This document shows positions 25,500 to 40,800 of a stretch of DNA of 64,000 nt, piece after piece. The position numbers and the translations under genes were made by a program. The notes beneath the pieces are model-generated. The model made no database searches, had not been told where the DNA came from, and saw only the letters and a program-made list of their open reading frames with translations. Every line of letters begins with the position of its first letter. Within the stretch, counting starts at the first letter, position 1. Where the stretch lies: assembly GCF_009914755.1 (NCBI RefSeq), contig NC_060939.1, one strand, 5' to 3'. The stretch is from the human T2T-CHM13v2.0 reference genome, Homo sapiens.

Positions 25500-28400
25500 A
25501 CTCCATTCCATTCTATTACTTTCATTTCCATTCAATTCCATTCCATTTGATTCCATTCCACTCGGTTTCATTCCATTTGAGTCCACTCCATTCCATTCCA
25601 TTCCATTCCATTCAGTTCCATTCCATTCTGTTCCAATCCATTCCATTCCATTGCATTCCATTCCATTCGGTACCATTCCATATTGTTCCATTCGATTCCA
25701 TTTGAATCCATTCCATTCCAGTCCATTCCATTCGATTCCATTCCATTCCTTTACATTCAATTCCATTCCATTCCATTCCATTCCACTTGATTCCACTCCA
25801 TTCCCTTCCACTGCATTCCATTCGATTCCATTCCATTGCATTGCATTCCATTCCATTGGACTGCATTCCATTCGATTCCATTCCTTTCGAATCAATTACA
25901 TAGCAATCCATTACATTCGAGTCTATTCTATTCCGTTCCATTCGATTTCGTTCCAATCCATTCGATTCCATTCCATTCGATTCCATTCCATACTATTGCA
26001 TTCCATTCTATTACATTATATTCGAATAAGTTCCATTCAAGACCATTTCTTTTGAGTCCATTCTATTTGAGTCCATTCCCTTTGATTCCATAACATTTGA
26101 GTCCATTCAATTCCATTCCTTTCGTTTCCATTCCATTTGATGCCATTCCATTCAATTCTGTTCTACTCGACTCCAATACATTCAATTCCATTCCATCCGA
26201 TTCCATTACATTCTTTTCATTTCTTATCCATTTCTAGCCATTCCACTCCATTCCATTCCACTCGTTTCCTTTCCATTCGAGTCCATTCCTCTCCAGTCCA
26301 TTCCGTTCAATCCATTCCATTCCAGTCCATTCCATTCGAGTCCGTTCCATTCCAGTCCATTCCATTCGAGTCAATTCCATTCCATTCGATGTCTTTCCAT
26401 AACGATCCATTCCATTCTATTCCTTTCGATTCCATTCCATTCTATTTCATTCCATTCGATTCCCTTCCATTGGACTCCTTTCCATTCGAGTGCATTCCAT
26501 TCCGTTCCATTTCTTTCCGTTCTGTACGATTCCTACCGTTCGATTTCATTTTGTTCCAGTCCATTCCTTTCGCGTCCATTCCATTCCATTTCACTCCATT
26601 CGATTCCATTCCACTCGATTCCACTTCGTTCCATTTCATTGCATTCCATTCTATTCAACTCCATTACCTTCCTTTCCATTCCATTCGATTACATTCCATG
26701 CGATTCCATTCGAAATCGAATCAATTACATTGCAATCCATTACTATTGAGTCCGTTTTATTCCAGTCCACTGCATTCTGGTCCATTCCATTTGATTCCAT
26801 TCCATTCTATTCCATTACATACAGTTGCATTCCATTGGATTCCATTCTATATCTATAAATTCAATTCGAGCTCATTGCTTTGGAGTCCATTCTATATGAT
26901 TCCATTCCATTCAAGTCCATTACATTTGGTTCAATTCCATTCCATTCCATTCCCTTCCATTCCATTCCAGTTGATATCAATCCATTCGATTCCATTCCAT
27001 TCGAGCACATTCCATTCGAGTCCATTCCATTCGATGCCATTCCATTTGATTCTATTCCATTAGTCTCCATTCAAATCCATTAATCTCCATTCCATTCCAT
27101 TCTACTCCAACTGATTCCATTCCATTCTATTCCTTTCCATTCCATTTCATTCCATTCCATTCCATTCGCTTCCATTCCATTCGTGTCCATTCCACTCCAG
27201 TCCATTCCATTCATGTCCATTCCATTCCAGTCCATTCCATTTGTGTCCACTGCATTCCATTCCACTCCATTCCATATTATTCAATTACACTCCATTCCAT
27301 TCTATTACTTTCATTTCCATTCAATTCCATTCCATTTGATTCCATTCCACTCGGTTTTATTCCATTTGAGTCCACTCCATTCCATTCCATTCCATTCCAT
27401 TCAGTTCCATTCCATTCTGTTCCAATCCATTCCATTCCATTGCATTCCATTCCATTCGGTACCATTCCATATTGTTCCATTCGATTCCATTCGAATCCAT
27501 TCCATTCCAGTCCATTCCATTCCATTCCATTCCATTCCTTTACATTCCATTCCATTCCACTTGATTCCACTCCATTCCCTTCCACTGCATTCCATTCGAT
27601 TCCATTCCATTGCATTGCATTCCGTTCCATTGGACTTCATTCCTTTCGATTCCATTCCATTCGAATCAATTACATAGCAATCCATTACATTCGAGTCTAT
27701 TCTATTCCGTTCCATTCGATTTCGTTCCAATCCATTCGATTCCATTCCATTTGATTCCATTCCATACTATTGCATTCCATTGTATTACATTATATTCGAA
27801 TAAGTTCCATTCAAGACCATTTCTTTTGAGTCCATTCTATTTGAGTCCATTCCCTTTGATTCCATAACATTTGAGTCCATTCAATTCCATTCCTTCGTTT
27901 CCATTCCATTTGATGCCATTCCATTCAATTCTGTTCTACTCGACTCCAATACATTCAATTCCATTCCATCCGATTCCATTACATTCTTTTCATTTCTTAT
28001 CCATTTCAAGCCATTCCACTCCATTCCATTCCACTCGTTTCCTTTCCATTCGAGTCCATTCCTCTCCAGTCCATTCCGTTCAATCCATTCCATTCCAGTC
28101 CATTCCATTCGAGTCCGTTTCTTTCCAGTCCATTCCATTCGAGTCAATTCCATTCCATTCGATGTCTTTCCATAACGATCCATTCCATTCTATTCCTTTC
28201 GATTCCATTCCATTCTATTTCATTCCATTCGATTCCCTTCCATTGGACTCCTTTCCATTCGAGTGCATTCCATTCCGTTCCATTTCTTTCCGTTCTGTAC
28301 GATTCCTACCGTTCGATTTCATTTTGTTCCAGTCCATTCCTTTCGCGTCCATTCCATTCCATTTCACTCCATTCGATTCCATTCCACTCGATTCCACTTC

Positions 28401-31400
28401 GTTCCATTTCATTGCATTTCATTCTATTCAACTCTATTGCCTTCCATTCCATTCCATTCGATTACATTCCATGCGATTCCATTCGAAATCGAATCAATTA
28501 CATTGCAATCCATTACTATTGAGTCCGTTTTATTCCAGTCCACTGCATTCTGGTCCATTCCATTTGATTCCATTCCATTCTATTCCATTCCATACAGTTG
28601 CATTCCATTGGATTCCATTCTATATCTCTAAATTCAATTCGAGACCATTGCTTTGGAGTCCATTCTATATGATTCCATTCCATTCAAGTCCATTAAATTT
28701 GGTTCAATTCCATTCCATTCCATTCCCTTCCATTCCATTCCAATTGATATCATTCCATTCGATTCCATTCCATTCGAGCACATTCCATTCGAGTCCACTC
28801 CCTTAGATGCCATTCCATTTGATTCTATTCCATTAGTCTCCATTCAATTCCATTAATCTCCATTCCATTCCATTCTACTCCAACTGATTCCATTCCATTC
28901 TATTCCTTTCCATTCCATTTCATTCCATTCCATTCCATTCCATTTCATTCCAATCCATTTCATTCGCTTCCATTCCATTCGTGTCCATTCCACTCCAGTC
29001 CATTCCATTCGTGTCCATTCCATTCCAGTCCATTCCATTTGTGTCCACTGCATTCCATTCCACTCCATTCCATATTATTCCATTGCACTCCATTCCATTC
29101 TATTACTTTCATTTCCATTCAATTCCATTCCATTTGATTCCATTCCACTCGGTTTCATTCCATTTGAGTCCACTCCATTCCATTCCATTCCATTCCATTC
29201 AGTTCCATTCCATTCTGTTCCAATCCATTCCATTCCATTGCATTCCATTCCATTCGGTACCATTCCACATTGTTCCATTCGATTCCATTCGAATCCATTC
29301 CATTCCAGTCCATTCCATTCGATTCCATTCCATTCCTTTACATTCCATTCCATTCCATTCCATTCCACTTGATTCCACTCCATTCCCTTCCACTGCATTC
29401 CATTCGATTCCATTCCATTGCATTGCATTCCATTCCATTGGACTGCATTCCATTCGATTCCATTCCTTTCGAATCAATTACATAGCAATCCATTACATTC
29501 GAGTCTATTCTATTCCGTTCCATTCGATTTCGTTCCAATCCATTCGATTCCATTCCATTCGATTCCATTCCATACTATTGCATTCCATTCTATTACATTA
29601 TATTCGAATAAGTTCCATTCAAGACCATTTCTTTTGAGTCCATTCTATTTGAGTCCATTCCCTTTGATTCCATAACATTTGAGTCCATTCAATTCCATTC
29701 CTTTCGTTTCCATTCCATTTGATGCCATTACATTCAATTCTGTTCTACTCGACTCCAATACATTCAATTCCATTCCATCCGATTCCATTACATTCTTTTC
29801 ATTTCTTATCCATTTCTAGCCATTCCACTCCATTCCATTCCACTCGTTTCCTTTCCATTCGAGTCCATTCCTCTCCAGTCCATTCCGTTCAATCCATTCC
29901 ATTCCAGTCCATTCCATTCGAGTCCGTTCCATTCCAGTCCATTCCATTCGAGTCAATTCCATTCCATTCGATGTCTTTTCATAACGATCCATTCCATTCT
30001 ATTCCTTTCGATTCCATTCCATTCTATTTCATTCCATTCGATTCCCTTCCATTGGACTCCTTTCCATTCGAGTGCATTCCATTCCGTTCCATTTCTTTCC
30101 GTTCTGTACGATTCCTACCGTTCGATTTCATTTTGTTCCAGTCCATTCCTTTCGCGTCCATTCCATTCCATTTCACTCCATTCGATTCCATTCCACTCGA
30201 TTCCACTTCGTTCCATTTCATTGCATTCCATTCTATTCAACTCCATTACCTTCCTTTCCATTCCATTCGATTACATTCCATGCGATTCCATTCGAAATCG
30301 AATCAATTACATTGCAATCCATTACTATTGAGTCCGTTTTATTCCAGTCCACTGCATTCTGGTCCATTCCATTTGATTCCATTCCATTCTATTCCATTCC
30401 ATACAGTTGCATTCCATTGGATTCCATTCTATATCTATAAATTCAATTCGAGCTCATTGCTTTGGAGTCCATTCTATATGATTCCATTCCATTCAAGTCC
30501 ATTACATTTGGTTCAATTCCATTCCATTCCATTCCCTTCCATTCCATTCCAGTTGATATCAATCCATTCGATTCCATTCCATTCGAGCACATTCCATTCG
30601 AGTCCATTCCATTCGATGCCATTCCATTTGATTCTATTCCATTAGTCTCCATTCAAATCCATTAATCTCCATTCCATTCCATTCTACTCCAACTGACTCC
30701 ATTCCATTCTATTCCTTTCCATTCCATTTCATTCCATTCCATTCCATTCGCTTCCATTCCATTCGTGTCCATTCCACTCCAGTCCATTCCATTCATGTCC
30801 ATTCCATTCCAGTCCATTCCATTTGTGTCCACTGCATTCCATTCCACTCCATTCCATATTATTCAATTACACTCCATTCCATTCTATTACTTTCATTTCC
30901 ATTCAATTCCATTCCATTTGATTCCATTCCACTCGGTTTCATTCCATTTGAGTCCACTCCATTCCATTCCATTCCATTCCATTCAGTTCCATTCCATTCT
31001 GTTCCAATCCATTCCATTCCATTGCATTCCATTCCATTCGGTACCATTCCATATTGTTCCATTCGATTCCATTCGAATCCATTGCATTCCAGTCCATTCC
31101 ATTCGATTCCATTCCATTCCTTTACATTCCATTCCATTCCACTTGATTCCACTCCATTCCCTTCCACTGCATTCCATTCGATTCCATTCCATTGCATTGC
31201 ATTCCATTCCATTGGACTGCATTCCATTCGATTCCATTCCATTCGAATCAATTACATAGCAATCCATTACATTCGAGTCTATTCTATTCCGTTCCATTCG
31301 ATTTCGTTCCAATCCATTCGATTCCATTCCATTCGATTCCATTCCATACTATTGCATTCCATTGTATTACATTATATTCGAATAAGTTCCATTCAAGACC

Positions 31401-32600
31401 ATTTCTTTTGAGTCCATTCTATTTGAGTCCATTCCCTTTGATTCCATAACATTTGAGTCCATTCAATTCCATTCCTTCGTTTCCATTCCATTTGATGCCA
31501 TTCCATTCAATTCTGTTCTACTCGACTCCAATACATTCAATTCCATTCCATCCGATTCCATTACATTCTTTTCATTTCTTATCCATTTCAAGCCATTCCA
31601 CTCCATTCCATTCCACTCGTTTCCTTTCCATTCGAGTCCATTCCTCTCCAGTCCATTCCGTTCAATCCATTCCATTCCAGTCCATTCCATTCGAGTCCGT
31701 TTCTTTCCAGTCCATTCCATTCGAGTCAATTCCATTCCATTCGATGTCTTTCCATAACGATCCATTCCATTCTATTCCTTTCGATTCCATTCCATTCTAT
31801 TTCATTCCATTCGATTCCCTTCCATTGGACTCCTTTCCATTCGAGTGCATTCCATTCCGTTCCATTTCTTTCCGTTCGGTACGATTCCTACCGTTCGATT
31901 TCATTTTTTTCCAGTCCATTCCTTTCGCGTCCATTCCATTCCATTTCACTCCATTCGATTCCATTCCACTCGATTCCACTTCGTTCCATTGCATTGCATT
32001 TCATTCTATTCAACTCTATTGCCTTCCATTCCATTCCATTCGATTACATTCCATGCGATTCCATTCGAAATCGAATCAATTACATTGCAATCCATTACTA
32101 TTGAGTCCGTTTTATTCCAGTCCACTGCATTCTGGTCCATTCCATTTGATTCCATTCCATTCTATTCCATTCCATACAGTTGCATTCCATTGGATTCCAT
32201 TCTATATCTATAAATTCAATTCGAGACCATTGCTTTGGAGTCCATTCTATATGATTCCATTCCATTCAAGTCCATTACATTTGGTTCAATTCCATTCCAT
32301 TCCATTCCCTTCCATTCCATTCCAATTGATATCAATCCATTCGATTCCATTCCATTCGAGCACATTCCATTCGAGTCCACTCCCTTAGATGCCATTCCAT
32401 TTGATTCTATTCCATTAGTCTCCATTCAATTCCATTAATCTCCATTCCATTCCATTCTACTCCAACTGATTCCATTCCATTCTATTCCTTTCCATTCCAT
32501 TTCATTCCATTCCATTCCATTCCATTTCATTCCAATCCATTCCATTCGCTTCCATTCCATTCCTGTCCATTCCACTCCAGTCCATTCCATTCGTGTCCAT
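25500..32600 (+). repeat. Nested dimer duplication, period 3582 bp
   Basis: Unit lengths alternate 1774/1808/1774. GAGCTC occurs at 26868/30450, 'ccttagatgcc' at 28801/32383, and a 1-bp deletion 'tccttcgttt' at ~27891/31473. ORF pairs are 26137/29719 and 27871/31453. Ends are approximate. Confidence 0.87.
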
Positions 32601-34199
32601 TCCATTCCAGTCCATTCCATTTGTGTCCACTCATTCCCTTCCACTCCATTCCATATTATTCCATTATACTCCATTCCATTCTATTACTTTCATTTCCATT
32701 CAATTCCATTCCATTTGATTCCATTCCACTCGGTTTCATTCCATTTGCGTCCACTCCATTCCATTCCATTCCATTCCATTCAGTTCCATTGCATTCTGTT
32801 CCATTCCATTCCGTTCCATTACATTCCATTCCATTCGGTACCATTCCATATTGTTCCATTCGAATCCATTCGAATCCATTCCATTCCAGTCCATTCCATT
32901 CGATTCCATTCCATTCATTTCAATTCCATTCCATTCCATTCCATTACATTCCACTTGATTCCTCTCCATTCCCTTCCACTGCATTCCGTTCGATTCCATT
33001 CCATTGCATTTCATTCCATTCCATTGGATTGTATTCCATTCGATTCCATTCCATTCGAATCAATTAAATAGCAATCCATTACATTCGAGTCTATTCTATT
33101 CCGTTCCATTCGATTTCGTTCCAATCCATTCGATTCCATTCCATTCGATTCCATTCCATACTATTGCATTCCATTCGATTACATTATATTCGAATAAGTT
33201 CCATTCAAGACCATTTCTTTTGAGTCCATTCTATTTGAGTCCATTCCCTTTGATTCCATAACATTTGAGTCCATTCAATTCCATTCCTTTCGTTTCCATT
33301 CCATTTGATGCCATTCCATTCAATTCTGTTCTACTCGACTCCAATACATTCAATTCCATTCCATCCGATTCCATTACATTCTTTTCATTTCTTATCCATT
33401 TCAAGCCATTCCACTCCATTCCATTCCACTCGTTTCCTTTCCATTCGAGTCCATTCCTCTCCAGTCCATTCCGTTCAATCCATTCCATTCCAGTCCATTC
33501 CATTCGAGTCCGTTCCATTCCAGTCCATTCCATTCGAGTCAATTCCATTCCATTCGATGTCTTTCCATAACGATCCATTCCATTCTATTCCTTTTGATTC
33601 CTTTCCATTCTATTTCATTCCATTCGATTCCCTTCCATTGGACTCCTTTCCATTCGAGTGCATTCCATTCCGTTCCATTTCTTTCCGTTCTGTACGATTC
33701 CTACCGTTCGATTTCATTTTGTTCCAGTCCATTCCTTTCGCGTCCATTCCATTCCATTTCACTCCATTCGATTCCATTCCACTCGATTCCACTTCGTTCC
33801 ATTTCATTGCATTCCATTCTATTCAACTCTATTGCCTTCCATTCCATTCCATTCGATTACATTCCATGGGATTCCATTCGAAATCGAATCAATTACATTG
33901 CAATCCATTACTATTGAGTCCGTTTTATTCCAGTCCACTGCATTCTGGTCCATTCCATTTGATTCCATTCCATTCTATTCCATTCCATACAGTTGCATTC
34001 CATTGGATTCCATGCTATATCTCTAAATTCAATTCGAGACCATTGCTTTTGAGTCCATTCTATATGATTCCATTCCATTCAAGTCCATTACATTTGGTTC
34101 AATTCCATTCCATTCCATTCCCTTCCATTCCATTCCATTTGATATCAATCCATTCGATTCCATTCCATTCGAGCACATTCCATTCGAGTCCATTCCATT

Positions 34200-37100
34200 C
34201 GATGCCATTCCATTTGATTCTATTCCATTAGTCTCCATTCAATTCCATTAATCTCCATTCCATTCCATTCTACTCCAACTGATTCCATTCCATTCTATTC
34301 CTTTCCATTCCATTTCATTCCATTCCATTCCATTCCATTCCATTCCATTCCATTCCATTCGTGTCCATTCCACTCCAGTCCATTCCATTCGTATCCATTC
34401 CATTCCAGTCCATTCCATTTGTGTCCACTGCATTCCATTCCACTCCATTCCATATTATTCCATTACACTCCATTCCATTCTATTACATTCATTTCCATTC
34501 AATTCCATTCCATTTGATTCCATTCCACTCGGTTTCATTCCATTTGAGTCCACTCCATTCCATTCCATTCCATTCAGTTCCATTCCATTCTGTTCCATTC
34601 CATTCCGTTCCATTACATTCCATTCCATTCGGTACCATTCCATATTGTTCCATTCGATTCCATTCGAATCCATTGCATTCCAGTCCATTCCATTCGATTC
34701 CATTCCATTCATTTCAATTCCATTCCATTCCATTCCATTACATTCCACTTGATTCCTCTCCATTCCCTTCCACTGCATTCCATTCGATTCCATTCCATTG
34801 CATTGCATTCCATTCCATTGGATTGCATTCCATTCGATTCCATTCCATTCGAATCAATTACATAGCAATCCATTACATTCGAGTCTATTCTCTTCCGTTC
34901 CATTCGATTTCGTTCCAATCCATTCGATTCCATTCCATTCGATTCCATTTCATACTATTGCATTCCATTCGATTACATTATATTCGAATAAGTTCCATTC
35001 AAGACCATTTCTTTTGAGTCCATTCTATTTGAGTCCATTCCCTTTGATTCCATAACATTTGAGTCCATTCAATTCCATTCCTTTCGTTTGCATTCCATTT
35101 GATGCCATTCCATTCAATTCTGTTCTACTCGACTCCAATACATTCAATTCCATTCCATCCGATTCCATTACATTCTTTTCATTTCTTATCCATTTCAAGC
35201 CATTCCACTCCATTCCATTCCACTCGTTTCCTTTCCATTCGAGTCCATTCCTCTCCAGTCCATTCCGTTCAATCCATTCCATTCCAGTCCATTCCATTCG
35301 AGTCCGTTCCATTCCAGTCCATTCCATTCGAGTCAATTCCATTCCATTCGATGTCTTTCCATAACGATCCATTCCATTCTATTCCTTTCGATTCCATTCC
35401 ATTCTATTTCATTCCATTCGATTCCCTTCCATTGGACTCCTTTCCATTCGAGTGCATTCCATTCCGTTCCATTTCTTTCCGTTCTGTACGATTCCTACCG
35501 TTCGATTTCATTTTGTTCCAGTCCATTCCTTTCGCGTCCATTCCATTCCATTTCACTCCATTCGATTCCATTCCACTCGATTCCACTTCGTTCCATTTCA
35601 TTGCATTCCATTCTATTCAACTCTATTGCCTTCCATTCCATTCCATTCGATTACATTCCATGCGATTCCATTCGAAATCGAATCAATTACATTGCAATCC
35701 ATTACTATTGAGTCCGTTTTATTCCAGTCCACTGCATTCTGGTCCATTCCATTTGATTCCATTCCATTCTATTCCATTCCATACAGTTGCATTCCATTGG
35801 ATTCCATGCTATATCTATAAATTCAATTCGAGACCATTGCTTTTGAGTCCATTCTATATGATTCCATTCCATTCAAGTCCATTACATTTGGTTAAATTCC
35901 ATTCCATTCGGTTCAATTCCATTCCATTCCATTCCCTTCCATTCCATTCCAGTTGATATCAATCCATTCGATTCCATTCCATTCGAGCACATTCCATTCG
36001 ATGCCATTCCATTTGATTCTATTCCATTAGTCTCCATTCAATTCCATTAATCTCCATTCCATTCCATTCTACTCCAACTGATTCCATTCCATTCTATTCC
36101 ATTCCATTCCATTTCATTCCATTCCATTCCATTTCATTCCATTCCATTCCATTCGTGTCCATTCCACTGCAGTCCATTCCATTCGTGTCCATTCCATTCC
36201 AGTCCATTCGATTTGTGTCCACTGCATTCAATTCCACTCCATTCCATATTGTTCCATTACACTCCATTCCATTCTATTACTTTCATTTCCATTCAATTCC
36301 ATTCCATTTGATTCCATTCCACTCGGTTTCATTCCATTTGAGTCCACTCCATTCCATTCCATTCCATTCCATTCAGTTCCATTCCATTCTGTTCCATTCC
36401 ATTCCGTTCCATTACATTCCATTCCATTCGGTACCATTCCATATTGTTCCATTCGATTCCATTCGAATCCATTCCATTCCAGTCCATTCCATTCGATTCC
36501 ATTCCATTCATTTCAATTCCATTCCATTCCATTACATTACATTCCACTTGATTCCTCTCCATTCCCTTCCACTGCATTCCGTTCGATTCCATTCCATTGC
36601 ATTGCATTCCATTCCATTGGATTGCGTTCCATTTGATTCCATTCCATTCGAATCAATTACATACCAATCCATTACATTCGAGTCTATTCTCTTCCGTTCC
36701 ATTCGATTTCGTTCCAATCCATTCGATTCCATTCCATTCGATTCCATTCCATACTATTGCATTCCATTCGATTACATTATATTCGAATAAGTTCCATTCA
36801 AGACCATTTCTTTTGAGTCCATTCTATTTGAGTCCATTCTCTTTGATTCCATAACATTTGAGTCCATTCAATTCCATTCCTTTCGTTTCCATTCCATTTG
36901 ATGCCATTCCATTCAATTCTGTTCTACTCGACTCCAATACATTCAATTCCATTCCATCCGATTCCATTACATTCTTTTCATTTCTTATCCATTTCAAGCC
37001 ATTCCACTCCATTCCATTCCACTCGTTTCCTTTCCATTCGAGTCCATTCCTCTCCAGTCCATTCCGTTCAATCCATTCCATTCGAGTCCGTTCCATTCCA

Positions 37101-40100
37101 GTCCATTCCATTCGAGTCAATTCCATTCCATTCGATGTCTTTCCATAACGATCCATTCCATTCTATTCCTTTCGATTCCATTCCATTCTATTTCATTCCA
37201 TTCGATTCCCTTCCATTGGACTCCTTTCCATTCGAGTGCATTCCATTCCGTTCCATTTCTTTCCGTTCTGTACGATTCCTACCGTTCGATTTCATTTTGT
37301 TCCAGTCCATTCTTTCGCGTCCATTCCATTCCATTTCACTCCATTCGATTCCATTCCACTCGATTCCACTTCGTTCCATTTCATTGCATTCCATTCTATT
37401 CAACTCTATTGCCTTCCATTCCATTCCATTCGATTACATTCCATGCGATTCCATTCGAAATCGAATCAATTACATTGCAATCCATTACTACTGAGTCCGT
37501 TTTATTCCAGTCCACTGCATTCTGGTCCATTCCATTTGATTCCATTCCATTCTATTCCATTCCATAGAGTTGCATTCCATTGGATTCCATGCTATATCTA
37601 TAAATTCAATTCGAGACCATTGCTTTTGAGTCCATTCTATATGATTCCATTCCATTCAAGTCCATTACATTTGGTTAAATTCCATTCCATTCGGTTCAAT
37701 TCCATTCCATTCCATTCCCTTCCATTCCATTCCAGTTGATATCAATCCATTCGATTCCATTCCATTCGAGCACATTCCATTCGAGTCCATTCCATTCGAT
37801 GCCATTCCATTTGATTCTATTCCATTAGTCTCCATTCAATTCCATTAATCTCCATTCCATTCCATTCTACTCCAACTGATTCCATTCCATTCTATTCCTT
37901 TCCATTCCATTTCATTCCATTCCATTCCATTCCATTCCATTCCATTCCATTCCATTCGTGTCCATTCCACTCCAGTCCATTCCATTCGTATCCATTCCAT
38001 TCCAGTCCATTCCATTTGTGTCCACTGCATTCCATTCCACTCCATTCCATATTATTCCATTACACTCCATTCCATTCTATTACTTTCATTTCCATTCAAT
38101 TCCATTCCATTTGATTCCATTCCACTCGGTTTCATTCCATTTGAGTCCACTCCATTCCATTCCATTCCATTCAGTTCCATTCCATTCTGTTCCATTCCAT
38201 TCCGTTCCATTACATTCCATTCCATTCGGTACCATTCCATATTGTTCCATTCGATTCCATTCGAATCCATTGCATTCCAGTCCATTCCATTCGATTCCAT
38301 TCCATTCATTTCAATTCCATTCCATTCCATTCCATTACATTCCACTTGATTCCTCTCCATTCCCTTCCACTGCATTCCATTCGATTCCATTCCATTGCAT
38401 TGCATTCCATTCCATTGGATTGCATTCCATTCGATTCCATTCCATTCGAATCAATTACATAGCAATCCATTACATTCGAGTCTATTCTCTTCCGTTCCAT
38501 TCGATTTCGTTCCAATCCATTCGATTCCATTCCATTCGATTCCATTTCATACTATTGCATTCCATTCGATTACATTATATTCGAATAAGTTCCATTCAAG
38601 ACCATTTCTTTTGAGTCCATTCTATTTGAGTCCATTCCCTTTGATTCCATAACATTTGAGTCCATTCAATTCCATTCCTTTCGTTTCCATTCCATTTGAT
38701 GCCATTCCATTCAATTCTGTTCTACTCGACTCCAATACATTCAATTCCATTCCATCCGATTCCATTACATTCTTTTCATTTCTTATCCATTTCAAGCCAT
38801 TCCACTCCATTCCATTCCACTCGTTTCCTTTCCATTCGAGTCCATTCCTCTCCAGTCCATTCCGTTCAATCCATTCCATTCCAGTCCATTCCATTCGAGT
38901 CCGTTCCATTCCAGTCCATTCCATTCGAGTCAATTCCATTCCATTCGATGTCTTTCCATAACGATCCATTCCATTCTATTCCTTTCGATTCCATTCCATT
39001 CTATTTCATTCCATTCGATTCCCTTCCATTGGACTCCTTTCCATTCGAGTGCATTCCATTCCGTTCCATTTCTTTCCGTTCTGTACGATTCCTACCGTTC
39101 GATTTCATTTTGTTCCAGTCCATTCCTTTCGCGTCCATTCCATTCCATTTCACTCCATTCGATTCCATTCCACTCGATTCCACTTCGTTCCATTTCATTG
39201 CATTCCATTCTATTCAACTCTATTGCCTTCCATTCCATTCCATTCGATTACATTCCATGCGATTCCATTCGAAATCGAATCAATTACATTGCAATCCATT
39301 ACTATTGAGTCCGTTTTATTCCAGTCCACTGCATTCTGGTCCATTCCATTTGATTCCATTCCATTCTATTCCATTCCATACAGTTGCATTCCATTGGATT
39401 CCATGCTATATCTATAAATTCAATTCGAGACCATTGCTTTTGAGTCCATTCTATATGATTCCATTCCATTCAAGTCCATTACATTTGGTTAAATTCCATT
39501 CCATTCGGTTCAATTCCATTCCATTCCATTCCCTTCCATTCCATTCCAGTTGATATCAATCCATTCGATTCCATTCCATTCGAGCACATTCCATTCGATG
39601 CCATTCCATTTGATTCTATTCCATTAGTCTCCATTCAATTCCATTAATCTCCATTCCATTCCATTCTACTCCAACTGATTCCATTCCATTCTATTCCATT
39701 CCATTCCATTTCATTCCATTCCATTCCATTTCATTCTATTCCATTCCATTCGTGTCCATTCCACTGCAGTCCATTCCATTCGTGTCCATTCCATTCCAGT
39801 CCATTCGATTTGTGTCCACTGCATTCAATTCCACTCCATTCCATATTATTCCATTACACTCCATTCCATTCTATTACTTTCATTTCCATTCAATTCCATT
39901 CCATTTGATTCCATTCCACTCGGTTTCATTCCATTTGAGTCCACTCCATTCCATTTCATTCCATTCCATTCAGTTCCATTCCATTCTGTTCCATTCCATT
40001 CCGTTCCATTCCATTCCATTCCATTCGGTACCATTCCATATTGTTCCATTCGATTCCATTCGAATCCATTCCATTCCAGTCCATTCCATTCGATTCCATT

Positions 40101-40800
40101 CCATTCATTTCAATTCCATTCCATTCCATTACATTACATTCCACTTGATTCCTCTCCATTCCCTTCCACTGCATTCCGTTCGATTCCATTCCATTGCATT
40201 GCATTCCATTCCTTTGGATTGCGTTCCATTTGATTCCATTCCATTCGAATCAATTACATACCAATCCATTACATTCGAGTCTATTCTCTTCCGTTCCATT
40301 CGATTTCGTTCCAATCCATTCGATTCCATTCCATTCGATTCCATTCCATACTATTGCATTCCATTCGATTACATTATATTCGAATAAGTTCCATTCAAGA
40401 CCATTTCTTTTGAGTCCATTCTATTTGAGTCCATTCCCTTTGATTCCATAACATTTGAGTCCATTCAATTCCATTCCTTTCGTTTCCATTCCATTTGATG
40501 CCATTCCATTCAATTCTGTTCTACTCGACTCCAATACATTCAATTCCATTCCATCCGATTCCATTACATTCTTTTCATTTCTTATCCATTTCAAGCCATT
40601 CCACTCCATTCCATTCCACTCGTTTCCTTTCCATTCGAGTCCATTCCTCTCCAGTCCATTCCGTTCAATCCATTCCATTCCAGTCCATTCCATTCGAGTC
40701 CGTTCCATTCCAGTCCATTCCATTCGAGTCAATTCCATTCCATTCGATGTCTTTCCATAACGATCCATTCCATTCTATTCCTTTCGATTCCATTCCATTC
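34200..40800 (+). repeat. Nested dimer duplication, period 3597 bp
   Basis: CTGCAG (PstI) occurs at 36167/39764 and 'ccatttcatact' at ~34945/38542. ORF pairs are 34361/37958, 35099/38696 and 36155/39752. Ends are approximate. Confidence 0.82.
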
